NCBI GenBank assembly: GCA_964016885.1
Contig: OZ024749.1
Span: 38,998,001-39,062,000, forward strand
Length of the DNA: 64,000 nt
From: Eledone cirrhosa
Lineage: Eukaryota
Reading direction: 5' to 3'
In this document: positions 25,368 through 38,239 of the stretch, piece after piece
Layout of the letters: each line of letters begins with the position of its first letter
Numbering within the stretch: position 1 is the first letter of the stretch
Translations under genes and position numbers: made by a program
Notes under the pieces: model-generated
What the model saw: the letters and a program-made list of their open reading frames with translations, nothing else
What the model was told of the DNA's origin: nothing
Database searches by the model: none

Positions 25368-25758
25368 TGAAATTCATAGAAATAATTTGAAAATTTGAAT
25401 GCAATAGCTGTTAAAACAGCAAAATGCCATCAATGACAACATGTAAGTCAGGTAAAAATATACCTCTAAGGACAGAAATCAGTGGCCAGTGGTCAGTAAA
25501 GAGAAAAGTAAAGTTGTCTTCCATTCTTTCTTATTACTTCTACATGCCAACACACTTCTCATTCTCCTCCTCTTTTCTATGTTTCTTCTGCCTGTCACTC
25601 ACCTCACAACTTTATTTTTCTCTTTACTGACCACTGGCCACTGATTTCTTTCCTTAGATGTATTTTTACCTGACATACATGCTGTCATTAATGGCATTTG
25701 GTTGTTGTAACAGTTATTCTTGCATTCAAGTTTTCGAATTATTTTTATGAATTTCAAA
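25368..25758. repeat. About 140-bp inverted repeat (MITE-like foldback)
   Basis: 25368-25508 is the reverse complement of about 25617-25758 (e.g. GAAATCAGTGGCCAGTGGTCAGTAAAGAGAAA). Confidence 0.85.
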
Positions 25759-26549
25759 TACACTCATGCTTCATCTCAATTTTTGAGAGAACTGTTTATT
25801 TATTTACAAAACTACTTGTTTTAAAGTGCTCATAGTTGTCTAAAAACCTTCCATCATAATTTTATGTATGAACTTTTGTTAAGTTATGTACCAATCATTT
25901 ACTTAATAATGAGAAAGTTAATTATTTTATTAATTCTCTTCAAATTTTTGATTATTTTCAAATTTTGAATATTGTGATCTTTCGAAATTGAGAAATCACA
26001 GCTCCGATGATTTTGAATATTGTGATCGCTCTGAATTGAGAGATCACAGCTCCAATACTATGGGCATGTGGTTAGAATGTCTCAGGAAAGAATTGCTGGA
26101 CAGATTTTATGGGCAAAACCAACCAGCAAGAGACTCAGGGTTAGAGACCCCGAGCAAGATTGTTAGATAACATCCATGAGTTTCACTGGTTACAATTGAG
26201 GATCCAGCCAGTTCAGATGGAGATGGTTGCTTCTGACCCCATGATCCTCTCAGGAATAAGTGGGTGAAGAAGAAGAATATTGTAGGAGATGGTGTCTTTC
26301 ATTAGAAATAGGGTAACAGAAAGGTGTTTATATTTATTTAAAACCTTCCATCATAATTTTATATAAGAATCTTTGTTATGTTCCATACACCAACTTAATG
26401 ATAAAGTTAGTTATATCATAATGCTGGTGTCTGGGCCCCAGAGAATGGTCTGCCTTCAAAATTCAATGGGGCTGAGTATTTATTTAATTTTTTTTTTAAG
26501 GGGGTATCAGATATTCTTGGAACCTACTTAGCTCTCCTGTCTCACCATG

Positions 26550-27550
26550 TCCATGTACCAAATAAACCACATAGTAATGTTGTAGCTAAACCTTGGACTA
26601 ATGTACCAGCTAAACCATAGACTAATGTACCAAATAAACCACATAGTAATGTTGTAGCTAAACCTTGGACTAATGTACCAGCTAAACCATAGACTGATGT
26701 ACCAAATAAACCACATAGTAATGTTGTAGCTAAACCTTGGACTAATGTACCAGCTAAACCATAGACTAATGTACCAACTACACCACAGATGAATGTACCA
26801 TCTAATCCTTGGACTAATGTACCAACTAAACCAAAGACTAATGTACCAACTACACCACAGATGAATGTACCAACTAAACCATGGACTAATGTACCAACTA
26901 AACCAAAGACTAATGTACCAACTACACCACAGATGAATGTACCATCTAATCCTTGGACTAATGTACCAGCTAAACCATAGACTAATGTACCAACTACACC
27001 ACAGATGAATGTACCAACTAAACCTTGGACTAATGTACCGGCTAAACCATAGACTAATGTACCAACTACACCACAGATGAATGTACCAACTAAACCTTGG
27101 ACTAATGTACCAGCTAAACCATAGACTAATGTACCAACTACACCACAGATGAATGTACCAACTAATCCTTGGACTAATGTACCAGCTAAACTTTGGACTA
27201 ATGTACCAGCTAAACCTGGGACTAATGTACCAGCTACACCACAGACTAATGTACCAGCTAAACCACAGACTAATGTACCAGCTAAACCACAGACTAATGT
27301 ACCAGCTAAACCACAGACTAATGTACCAGCTAAACCATAGACTAATGTACCAGCTAAACCACAGACTAATGTACCAGCTAAACCACAGACTAATGTACCA
27401 GCTAAACCACAGACTAATGTACCAGCTAAACCACAGACTAATGTACCAGCTAAACCACAGACTAATGTACCAGCTAAACCACAGACTAATGTACCAGCTA
27501 AAGCCAAAACCCCTGTAACAGCTACAACTTATACTAATGTACCAACTAAA
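26550..27550. repeat. 24-bp minisatellite with 72-bp higher-order structure
   Basis: Unit ACTAATGTACCAGCTAAACCACAG, about 41 copies. Confidence 0.95.
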
Positions 27551-28204
27551 TCCCACTTGTTTAGGCTTTAGTGCCATGAGGCACTCCTTCCTAAAGCAAC
27601 TGAGGCAAGACTGTATCTAGTTATATTTAACCCTTTTGATTCAAAATGATCCCTCCAAAGCTGCCTCTAGTTCTATCAAATAAATCCATCCTTTTAAATG
27701 GTTCCTATTTAAATTTTATATCATAAACTTTCATTAAATTATGTTACTAACATCATTTCAATAATGAAACAATTGATAATGTTAATAAACCCCTTCAAAT
27801 TTTTCATTAATTAAATTACAGTGAATTTCATTTGAAATATGTTAATGAAATAAATTCTAATCTCACAACTATTTCAGCAAAAGTATATTTTCTTTTAGCC
27901 GCATGCACTGCAGTCACACCTTACATTTTATAGTATTATTATAGCTACTTGCAGCTAATATAGCTTATAACTTTTCAACTATCTTAATCACATATTCAAT
28001 AAGCTTCTATCTCTAGTGGTTATATCTCTTTAAAGTATGACCTGACATCACCCCCATCACTACTACCAACACCACCAATAACAATGCAACAACCATCACC
28101 ATTACCACTTTGTAGTAATCGATGCTGACACTGAAATTATAAATGAATTGATTTCGCTATCTTTGCTCCACCTACTTTGACATTGTACTGTTTATATACA
28201 GGTC

Positions 28205-28710
28205 TGTGTAAAGCTGGTAATAGGACCGGGCCAGATGTGAAGTGTAGGCCTATACAAAGCTGGTAATAGGACCGGGCCAGATGTGAAGTGTAGGCCTATA
28301 CAAAGCTGGTAATAGGACCAGGCCAGATATGAAGTGTAGACCTATACAAAGCTGGTAATAGGACCAGGCCAGATATGAAGTGTAGGCCTATACAAAGCTG
28401 GTAATAGGACCAGGCCAGATATGAAGTGTAGACCTATACAAAGGTGGTAATAGGACCGGGCCAGATATGAAGTGTAGACCTATACAAAGCTGGTAATAGG
28501 ACCAGGCCAGATATGAAGTGTAGACCTATACAAAGCTGGTAATAGGACCGGGCCAGATATGAAGTGTAGACCTATACAAAGCTGGTAATAGGACCAGGCC
28601 AGATATGAAGTGTAGACCTATACAAAGCTGGTAATAGGACCGGGCCAGATATGAAGTGTAGACCTATACAAAGCTGGTAATAGGACCGGGCCTGGTGTGG
28701 AATGTAGGCT
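28205..28710. repeat. 46-bp minisatellite
   Basis: Unit AAGCTGGTAATAGGACCAGGCCAGATATGAAGTGTAGACCTATACA, about 11 copies. Confidence 0.95.
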
Positions 28711-28830
28711 CCACTTCAAACTTTTCATTAGTATTTTTATGATCAGTGATAAATGCATATGATGTATGTATGGGTTATACACAAATATATATATTTATAT
28801 ATAAATATATATATATATAAAGGTTTACAT

Positions 28831-28863
<33 letters not shown>

Positions 28864-28983
28864 TTTGCAATGGGTCACTTTGTGGCTCAATGAAGAGTTA
28901 ATAAATTAAATAATCAGAGCTATATATGGGAGAGGAAACGGTATATATTTTATCTGGTGATTCTATAGACATGTTTTATATAA

Positions 28984-29060
<77 letters not shown>

Positions 29061-29074
29061 TCTATATATATATA

Positions 29075-29757
29075 GAAATTAGGAATAAGAGGGATCAGAT
29101 ATGTTTACTCGAGAGAAGACTACGTTGGTATGGTCACGTGATGCGCATGAAAGACGACAGCTGTATAAAAAAGTGCAGGGCGATCAAAATTGATGGTAGT
29201 TACGGAGTAGGTAGACCCAGAAAAACCTGGGACGATCTGATAAATTCCGACCTCACACACTTGCACCTCTCTAAGACAATGACACTGGACCGAGATCTTT
29301 GGCGCTACGCAGTAATACAGAAGATCCGCCTTGCCTATGTACAAAGCGAAACCTACAGTCAGTAGGCACCTCTTAACCAAATATACACCCCGATCCACTA
29401 CCCCTACCCTATCCTCCCACTCCCACTAACACCACACTTTCTCTATAAAGTTGGTACCACAACATCCAGTCCAAATAAATGAGATAAATGAGATCGAGAT
29501 CGTGTAGGTGTCATGAGAAAAAAACACAGTCCACGCTGTAATGTGGTCGTGTAGGTAACACGGTAAAAAGTTCCCAGTTCCACACTGTAAATGTAGTTGG
29601 TGTTAGGAAGGGCATCCAGCCGTAGAAAACCTGCCAGATAGTCCTATATGAGCGAGACATGGTCACCCGACCAGCCTTGCCTCAAGTGGGACAACTCCCG
29701 TCTAACCCATGCTAGCGTGGAAAATGGATGTTAAACGATGATGATGATGATGATGAT
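29075..29757 (+). mobile_element. RTE-type LINE 3' fragment
   Basis: LERRLRWYGHVMRMKDDSCIKKC...GRPRKTW plus UTR and (ATG)n. Confidence 0.88.
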
Positions 29758-29772
29758 ATTTAATATAGAAAT

Positions 29773-29823
29773 GGCTTCTACAGGACTAGAACAGTTTCAT
29801 TCGGGAGAAATCATCAGGAAGCC
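29773..29823 (-). ncRNA. Type I hammerhead ribozyme motif (same family as 14927)
   Basis: Minus strand: GGCTTC CTGATGA tTTC tccc GAAt GAAAC tgttctagtcct GTA GAAGCC; 6-bp stem I. Confidence 0.65.
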
Positions 29824-29853
29824 CTGCATATATACATATATATATATATATAT

Positions 29854-30026
29854 AACGAAGGATGTGTGGTGAGGAACCAGGTGGACCATAACACACTAGA
29901 GTAATCAATACTTAGGGTAGTAGAGTGGGTAATAGGGAAATAATCAGGACCCCAATGGCTGAGATCCACCCGTTTCGACAGCTAGATCTGTTCAGATCTA
30001 GCTGTCGGAGTCCTGACTCTTTCCCT
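29854..30026 (-). mobile_element. TA-embedded T-hairpin element, diverged copy with inverted interior
   Basis: Tail homologous to 8040-8115 in reverse; order and orientation of the internal hairpins flipped. Confidence 0.7.
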
Positions 30027-30045
30027 ATATATATATATTTATATA

Positions 30046-30089
<44 letters not shown>

Positions 30090-30820
30090 AATTTTATTTA
30101 TTTGCGTTCCAGCCGAGGGGCTGAGGCCACAGTAGAATAGTGTTGCTAACAAATAATAAGCAAGGGATACATATATATCCTAATAAAGAAAACCCTGTTT
30201 TTGATTATCCTGGTCATGTTTGTTCTACACTCCCTCCATCAGTAACTTCTTACTGTAACATTTCATAAGGTTTTCTTTAATTAACAAACTGATAAACTGA
30301 CTGTTATAGATTTTGGGAGAAGTTGCAATATAACAGCCGTGTACTCATTATCAGATTAGCTCGTTAGAGTTGATAATGAGATAGATCAGTTGAGTTAGGA
30401 TTGCTTCAGCTTCCCATAATTAGAGTTGATTAAACTACACTTTATATCTTAGTTGTTCACCATTAAACCTACTATTTCCAGTTTTATTCTCTATCTCAAT
30501 ACATGGTACATTAGGCAAGTTGTCTTCTACCATAGCCTCAGGCTGATCAGTGGCCTTCTGAGTGAATTTGAGAGTGGAAAATATATGTAGCACATTCGTG
30601 TATTATATATATAAATCTGTGTGTGTGTATATATATGTATATGTATATATATGTATATGTATATATATGTATATGTGTATATGTATAATATATATGTGTA
30701 TGTATATATATATATATATGTATATGTATGTATGCAAAAAGTAAACAGAAAATAACAAACCAAACAATACAATATGATGAAAATATATATTAGTTTAACA
30801 CTTGATATAGTAGGAAAATA

Positions 30821-30858
30821 ATCTTTACATTTCGGGTAGTAGTCCTTCATCAGAAGAT
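30821..30858 (-). ncRNA. Minimal hammerhead motif (Penelope pLTR type)
   Basis: Minus strand: ATCTT CTGATGA a GG actactac CC GAAA TG TA AAGAT; GAAATGT may be CpG decay of palindromic GAAACGT. Confidence 0.55.
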
Positions 30859-30977
30859 AGAATGAGAAATAAAAGAACAGAAAATAAAGGCAAGTGAGAA
30901 GAGGAAGAAATGAAAAAAAAATTGGCGGAATAAAAGCATGTATGTGTTCAATTAACAATATATATATATATATATAT

Positions 30978-31445
30978 AAGAACAGGCTGGAAGAAGTTTA
31001 GTGATCTATTACCACTGCTATCAACAAAAAGCTTATCACTCAGAGTAAAAGGTAGACTGTATGATGCATGTGTGTCAACTGCAATGTTACATGTCAGTGA
31101 AACATGGGCCTTGACTGCAGAATACCTGTGGAGGCTAGAAAGGTTGTGAGTCGAGTATGCTCCGATGGATATGTAATGTTAGTGTGCATGAGTGACATAG
31201 CATAAGCAAACTGAGGGAAACAATCTTGACATAAGAGAGAAGATTGTGTTGGTATGGGCATGTGATGTGTATGGAACATGGCAGCTGCATAAAGAAATGC
31301 AGAAAAACCCCAGTGGCTGGGATCTGAGGAATAGGCAGACCCAGGAAGACATGTGATGAGATTGTAAGGACTTATCTTAGAAAGCTAAACTTTACTAAAA
31401 ACAGCAAGGGCTGGTGCTATGCAGTAGTGAAGAAGACCCCGACCT
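30978..31445 (+). mobile_element. Degraded RTE fragment
   Basis: LSLRVKGRLYDACV..MLH.SETW..GRPRKT motifs. Confidence 0.7.
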
Positions 31446-31997
31446 GCAGCTTACAATGTGACCCCCCCCCCCTCCTTCCACTAACACTCCCTAACAGTTA
31501 TTCTCAACTTCACTTCTTCAACCCTCCCACACACCCACATTCCTGGCATCTGTCTCCCCCCCCCACCTCCAATGAAGTGGTTGGTGATAGGAAAGGCTTC
31601 CAGCCATAGAGAATACCCTTCATGGGAGGATCTTTCAGTCATGTCATGGACATGACAGCCTCCCTAGAGTTGGTAGTTTACATGAGAAACACGCCCAGTA
31701 CATGCTGTAAAGTGATTGGTCTTAGGAAGGGAATCCAGCCATAGAAAACTTGCCAGACAAAGGGTTGCGAGGACCAACAGTTGTGTCAAAGGCTTGACAA
31801 TCTCTCCTGAGCACTTGATGGAATGGCGAGACCATACATAAACGCACAGGTCCCTGGTCTGCTTGGGAGGTCAGTGGCTCTGCTTCATTACTGACTTGGT
31901 CTGTATGGACCAGTCCATGCTAGCAAGAAAGCGGCTGTTAAAATGTCTGATGCTCTACTAATATGCCAATCCAGCACCCTAATAATAATAACAATAA

Positions 31998-32232
31998 TAA
32001 TGATTTCTAGTACAGGCACAAGGCCAGCAATTTTTTTGGGGGGGGGGGGCGGGACAGGAAAGTCAACTAAATCGACCCCCAGTACGTTACTGGTGCTTTA
32101 TTTTATCGACCCCGTAAGGACGAAAGGCAAAGTTAACCTCGGCGGGATTTGAACTCAGACCGTAAAGGACCATAACTCTATGCTGCAAAGCATGATGTCT
32201 GACTCTCTACCAGTACTGTCAATCCACCACCC
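31998..32232 (-). mobile_element. ATT-tailed tRNA SINE
   Basis: Family match, flanked by (AAT)n on both sides. Confidence 0.85.
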
Positions 32233-32424
32233 TAATAATAACAACAATAATAATAATAATAATAATAACAATAACGACGATGATGATAATTTTGTTCAAA
32301 AGGTATTTTAATTTCTAAACCATTTATTTTCCAGGCTAATTTTAATGCTAATCCCCTAAATTTTCTGAGCTTAATTACATTAAAAATTTTTAGTTTAATA
32401 TATATATATATCATCATCATCATC

Positions 32425-32742
32425 ATTTCATTTTACGTCCGCTTTTCCCTGCTTGCAAGGGTGGGACGGGAACTGATTCTGGCTTGATTTCTACAGCTGG
32501 ATGCCCTTCCTAACACCAACCTCATTTACAGTGAGTGCTGGGTGCTTTTTTGCCGTGGCACCTACACGTCCACTTTTCAGTGGAATGATAGGGAACCCAG
32601 TCCCTATCATCTCATTTCTACAGCTGAGTAAACTGGAGCAATGTGAAATAAAGTGTCTTGCTCAAGGAACAACACATCACCCGGCCTGAGAATTGAACTC
32701 ACAACCTTTCGATTGCAAGGCCAATGCTCTAACAACTAAACC
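32425..32742 (-). mobile_element. CORE-like tRNA SINE with RTE-type tail
   Basis: Matches the 15320 copy. Confidence 0.85.
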
Positions 32743-32921
<179 letters not shown>

Positions 32922-33224
32922 AAAGCAATTCCTGGTGTTTGAAATTGTTGAAGGTTTCTAGCCTTGACCTCAATACCTATTTGCTCGGGGACATTGTCTA
33001 ATGATACACACAGTCATTGATTTGTTAAACAATGTTTTTTAACAGTAGACATAATAATCTCCCCACTTCCATCCCTATTGATTGTAATCATTGAAACCTT
33101 ACTATTTTAGTTTATTTGATTTTATATTTTTATTTATATTCTTTTTCTACCCTTTTTAAGGAAATTTTCATTAATCTTTTCATTACCATATTTAATGAAA
33201 GACACTACCTATGTCATGTAATGA

Positions 33225-33260
<36 letters not shown>

Positions 33261-33447
33261 TGTAATGGTTATATATATACACTATAATGATTATATATAT
33301 ATATATATATATACACACACTGCAATAGTTATATATATATATATATACACTGTAATGGTTTTATATATATATACACTGTAATGATTATATATATATATAT
33401 ATATATATACACTGTAATGGTTATATATATATATATACACTGTAATG

Positions 33448-33523
<76 letters not shown>

Positions 33524-33533
33524 CACTTTAATG

Positions 33534-33572
<39 letters not shown>

Positions 33573-33829
33573 TCATCATCATCACCGTTTTACGTCCGTT
33601 CTTCCATCTTAGCATGGGTTAGACGGGTTGTCCTGTTGTGGGCAGTGTCTCGTTGGCTGACCATGCCTTGCTCATACAGGAACTGATTCTGGCTTGGTTT
33701 CTACAGCTGGATGCCCTTCCTAACACCAACCTCATTTACAGTGAGTGCTGGGTGCTTTTTTCCATGGCGCCTACACGTCCACTTTACAGTGTGAGGGTGT
33801 GGGGGCATATTGTCTATAATATATATATA

Positions 33830-34150
33830 TATATACACTGTAATGATTATATATATATATATATTGTAATAATTATATATACACTGTAATGATTATATAT
33901 ACTGTAATGATTATATATATACACTGTAACAATTATATATACACTGTAACAATTATATATACTGTAATGATTATGTATACACTGTAACAATTATATATAC
34001 ACTGCAATGAATATATATACACTGTAACAATTATATATACTGTAATGATTATGTATACACTGTAACAATTATATATACACTGTAACAATTATATATACTG
34101 TAATGATTATGTATACACTAACAATTATATATACACTGTAATGAATATAT
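33830..34150. repeat. 20-22 bp AT-rich minisatellite directly upstream of exon 1
   Basis: Unit ACTGTAATGATTATATATAC and variants; related units at 33255-33540. Confidence 0.9.
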
Positions 34151-34217
34151 ATTATATTATATTTTCAGTAAATCTATTTAATTCATTAAACTGATTTATT
34201 CAGTTTAAAAAGCAACA

Positions 34218-34385
34218 ATGAACACTTTTCGGACATCTTCCTCTTACATGGATGAGTACGGACCTCCTCTGTATTCAGAAGATATGGACTTTATGATGAA
34301 CCAACATGACTATGTTCCCTTACCTAACCAAGACAATATAGGAATGGTATATATCAGAATCTCTCTGCCAGAACTAAATGTCCAG
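34218..34385 (+). CDS. SHANK: Shank coding exon 1 (MNTFRT...MVYIRISLPELNVQ)
   Basis: Acceptor ttattcag at 34203, in-frame TAA at 34206 upstream of ATG 34218, donor CAG/gtaaga; end matches the SPN start (human VVRVGIPDLQQT). Confidence 0.9.
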
Positions 34386-37300
34386 GTAAGAAGTTTTTAT
34401 ATAATTTAAACAAACTGAGAAGTGACACTTCTGCCACCACCACCATTACCACCACCACCACCATTACCATCACCACCATCACCATTACTATCATTGTAAT
34501 CATCATGTTACAGCCCATTACATTCACCATCATCGTTTTTAAATCCGCTTTTCCATGCTTGCATGGGTTGGATGGGTACTTTCTCAACACAGCATATCTC
34601 CATTTATCGTGTTCCCTCGTCATCTCCTCTGCCAGTCTTAGTGATTTGAGATCTGCTCTCACAACCTCTGCCCAGATCTTTCTTGGTCATACTCTATTGC
34701 GGCTTCCTTCCACTGGTATTTCCTGGCATTTCTTCACCCATCAGTCATTGTCCATGTGCATGACATGTCCATACCAATGAGGTCTTCCCTCCTGCACACC
34801 GTCTCAGATTCCCCTTAAACCCAGCTTCTCCCTCAGCTTGTCCAAGCTCTGCCTTTCTCTCACATTTACATTGTACATCTAACGAAACAGGGTTGCTTCA
34901 TTTCTCTCCAGTCTACACATGTCCTCTGTGGTTACAGCCTATATTTCACTCCCATGCAGCATTGTGCATAGGCAGCCTATATTTCACTCCCATGCACACA
35001 GGCATCAGGCAGCCTTCCTTTTGTACGTAGGGAGAAACCTTTCATTATCAGCAATGGGAGCAGTTCTCTAAATATTCTGGTTTCAAATCCTGCTGCGGTC
35101 AACTTTATCTTTTATCCTTCCAGGGTTGATAGAATAATGTACCAGCTATGTACTGGAGTTAATTTAATCGATTTTCCTTCCCTCAAAATAGCTGGTAATG
35201 TGCCAATGATAGAAACCCTTATTAAAACTTTCCAACCAAATTTTGTTACTCTTGTAGACTCAAAACTGAATTTGTCTTTCAAATATGTTTAGATGAGCTG
35301 TGTTTGTTAATCTAGTTTACATTGTTTTAAGAAACAGTTGTACATCAATGTTATCAAAATTGTTTGGTTGGGGTTAGTGTAGTAAATGTGAATTGTTGAA
35401 TCTTAAAGTTCATCATATTTAGCATCAGGAATGAGAAAAACTAAATGATGAACATTTACTTGTGCCCTTTGCTATCTACCTTTTGGTACCATGTTTTATA
35501 TAATGTAAGTTCCATCTAGACAATAGTCTTTGTTAACCTCTCACAATGGCTACCACTGTTACTCCTATTAACCAAATACCAACTCCTCTAATCATAAAAC
35601 AAATATTGCTAAAATGTCTATCAATGTGCCTTTAATAAATATCAGAAAACAGACTTTTATTGTTCATGAGTGTAAAGTTAAAGATCAAAATCCTTCATTG
35701 ACTTCTCAGAATATTTTGTCTTGGAATTCAAGTTAATGAAATCAACAGCCTAAAAGTTTCTATTGTTATAAATCTGGAATTGATGCAGTCAGGGTCTTCT
35801 AATGATCTGACCTTTGCAAGCAATTTGGTTTAACCCTTTAGCATTTAAACCGGCTGTACCCAGCCAGAATTCTCTCACCTCTTTCTGTTCAAACTAACTG
35901 TAACTGGCCACTCATACTGATGTTAAGATATTGTTCCCAAAATAAATAACATCAAAATCTTGTTGATACAATATTATGTGAAATAATTAAAGTAAAGCCT
36001 TTACTACAAAAATACAATAGTATATATAGAGTAATGTAAATGCTAACGAGTTAACACTTTTGATACCAACCCATCTGGAACCCAATTTCATTCTATGATC
36101 TGAAATAGCTTGTTTTAAATTTAAATTTTCTGTCATAATTTTATGTAAGGTCATTTGTTAATCCGTTTCCTAACCGACAATACCACTGGTTTAATGATAC
36201 AAAGCTGTTTATATTAAAGCATTCATCATCATCATCATCATCATTACCATTTAACATCTAATTTCCATTCTTGTATAGGTTAGACAGCTGTCACATGCTG
36301 AGGCCTAACTGGCCAGGTGACTAAGTCCTGCTAGTACGTTTTGTTTTGGCTTGATTTCTATGACTGGATGCCTTTCTTAACATCAACTACTTTACAGCAT
36401 GTACCAGGAGCATGTTTTATATGGTTGGATGCCCTTCCTAATACCAACTACTTTACAGTATGTACTGGGAGCATGATTTCTACAGCCAGATGCCCTTCAT
36501 CACATCAAACACATTACAGTGTGTACTGGGAACATTTTATCATGATGCCAGCACAACCACTTTTGCAGGGTGGACTGGGTGCTTTTTATTGTGGCACCAG
36601 CATGGACTTAGTGCTTTCCATCATGACATCAGCACAACCACCTTACAGGTTGGACTGGGTGCTTTTGTCATGGCACCAACACTATCTCATATTTATCTAA
36701 AAACCTTTCATCATAATTTTATGTGAGAATATTTGTAACCCCAGGTTTTGTTATACAAATCTATTTATTTTAAAGTGTTTATCTAAAGACATTCTATAAT
36801 AATTTTATATCAGAAACTTTATGTTCTAAACACCAAATTAATAATGGTTTCTGATTTAAGCACAAGGCCAACTATTTGGGGGGATGGGAAAGTCGATTAA
36901 ATTGACCCCAGTGCATTACAGGTGCTGTATTTTATTGACCCTCTAAGGATGAAAGGCAAAGCTAACCTCGGCGGGATTTGAACTCATAAACACCAACTTA
37001 ATAATTGTTTCTACTTTAGGTACAAGGCCAGCAATTACCCAGTGCATTACTGGTACTTTATTTTATCGACCCCGTAAGGATGAAAGGCAAAGTCAACCTC
37101 GGCGGGATTTGAACTCAGATTGTAAAGGGACGTAACTATGCTGGAAAGCATGGCGTCCGACCCTCTACCGATAATAATGACAATGATAGTTATATTATTA
37201 ACCCTTTAGCATTTAAACCGGCTGTATCCAGCTAGAATTATCTCACCTCTTTCTGTTCAAATCGGCCATAAAAATAACCGACCACTCATACTGATGTTAA

Positions 37301-38187
37301 GGTATTGTTCTCAAAATAAATAATATCAAAATCTCATAGATTATATATTATGTGAGATATTATGTAAGCTAAAGCCTGTACCACAAAAATACAATAGTAA
37401 ATATAGAGTGATGTAAATGCTAAAGGGTTAAATCGCTACAAATTCTTAATTATTTTCAAAATTATTTGAAAACCATAGGCAGTGTCTTTTATGGGAGAGA
37501 TGGTAAGGGAACAGTTAACTCTCATGTATTTGCTAAATTTAGAAATTATATTTCTTTATATTTATTTTATATATATATATTTTTTTTTGGGTGTGTGTGT
37601 ATCTCACATTTGATTTGTTTGTTTTTAATGGGGAGAGGAAACTATTTTAAGGCTGACAAGAAATTCAGGTTCTAGTAATTTATAGGGAGACATCTCACCC
37701 CCTTCTTTCTTAACTAATGAAGTAGATTCTGATTCAGATTCTTCTGCATTCTGTCTTCTTCAAACATTTCTTTTCAATGAAACAATATTTGGTTAATGTT
37801 TCCCAAGTTATTTCCTAAGTTGTACTTGTTTGGCAGGTAACTGCATCTGGGATCTTGTGTGTATGTGTGTGTGTGTGTGTATATATGTATGTGTGAGTGT
37901 GTCACTGAAACAACAACTGTAATAGAGAATAATCATGATAGCCAACTAAACACACACACATATATATAGTCATGTACAAGATGCACCTTCTTCCTGTAAA
38001 AATAAATGAAAAACCAGCAAGCCATTCACCTACTGGACCCACAAAGCTGCAATTTAAAATATATATGATACATTGTGAATGTTGTAACTAAAATATATAT
38101 ACTGTGCTGTGTATATATATATATAGTGTGTGTGTATGTATGTATATATAAATATATATATATATATAGTGTGTGTGTGTATGTATG

Positions 38188-38239
<52 letters not shown>

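Noticed and set aside
28205-28710. CRISPR-like regular array
   Set aside because: Head-to-tail repeat without unique spacers; eukaryotic context, no cas genes
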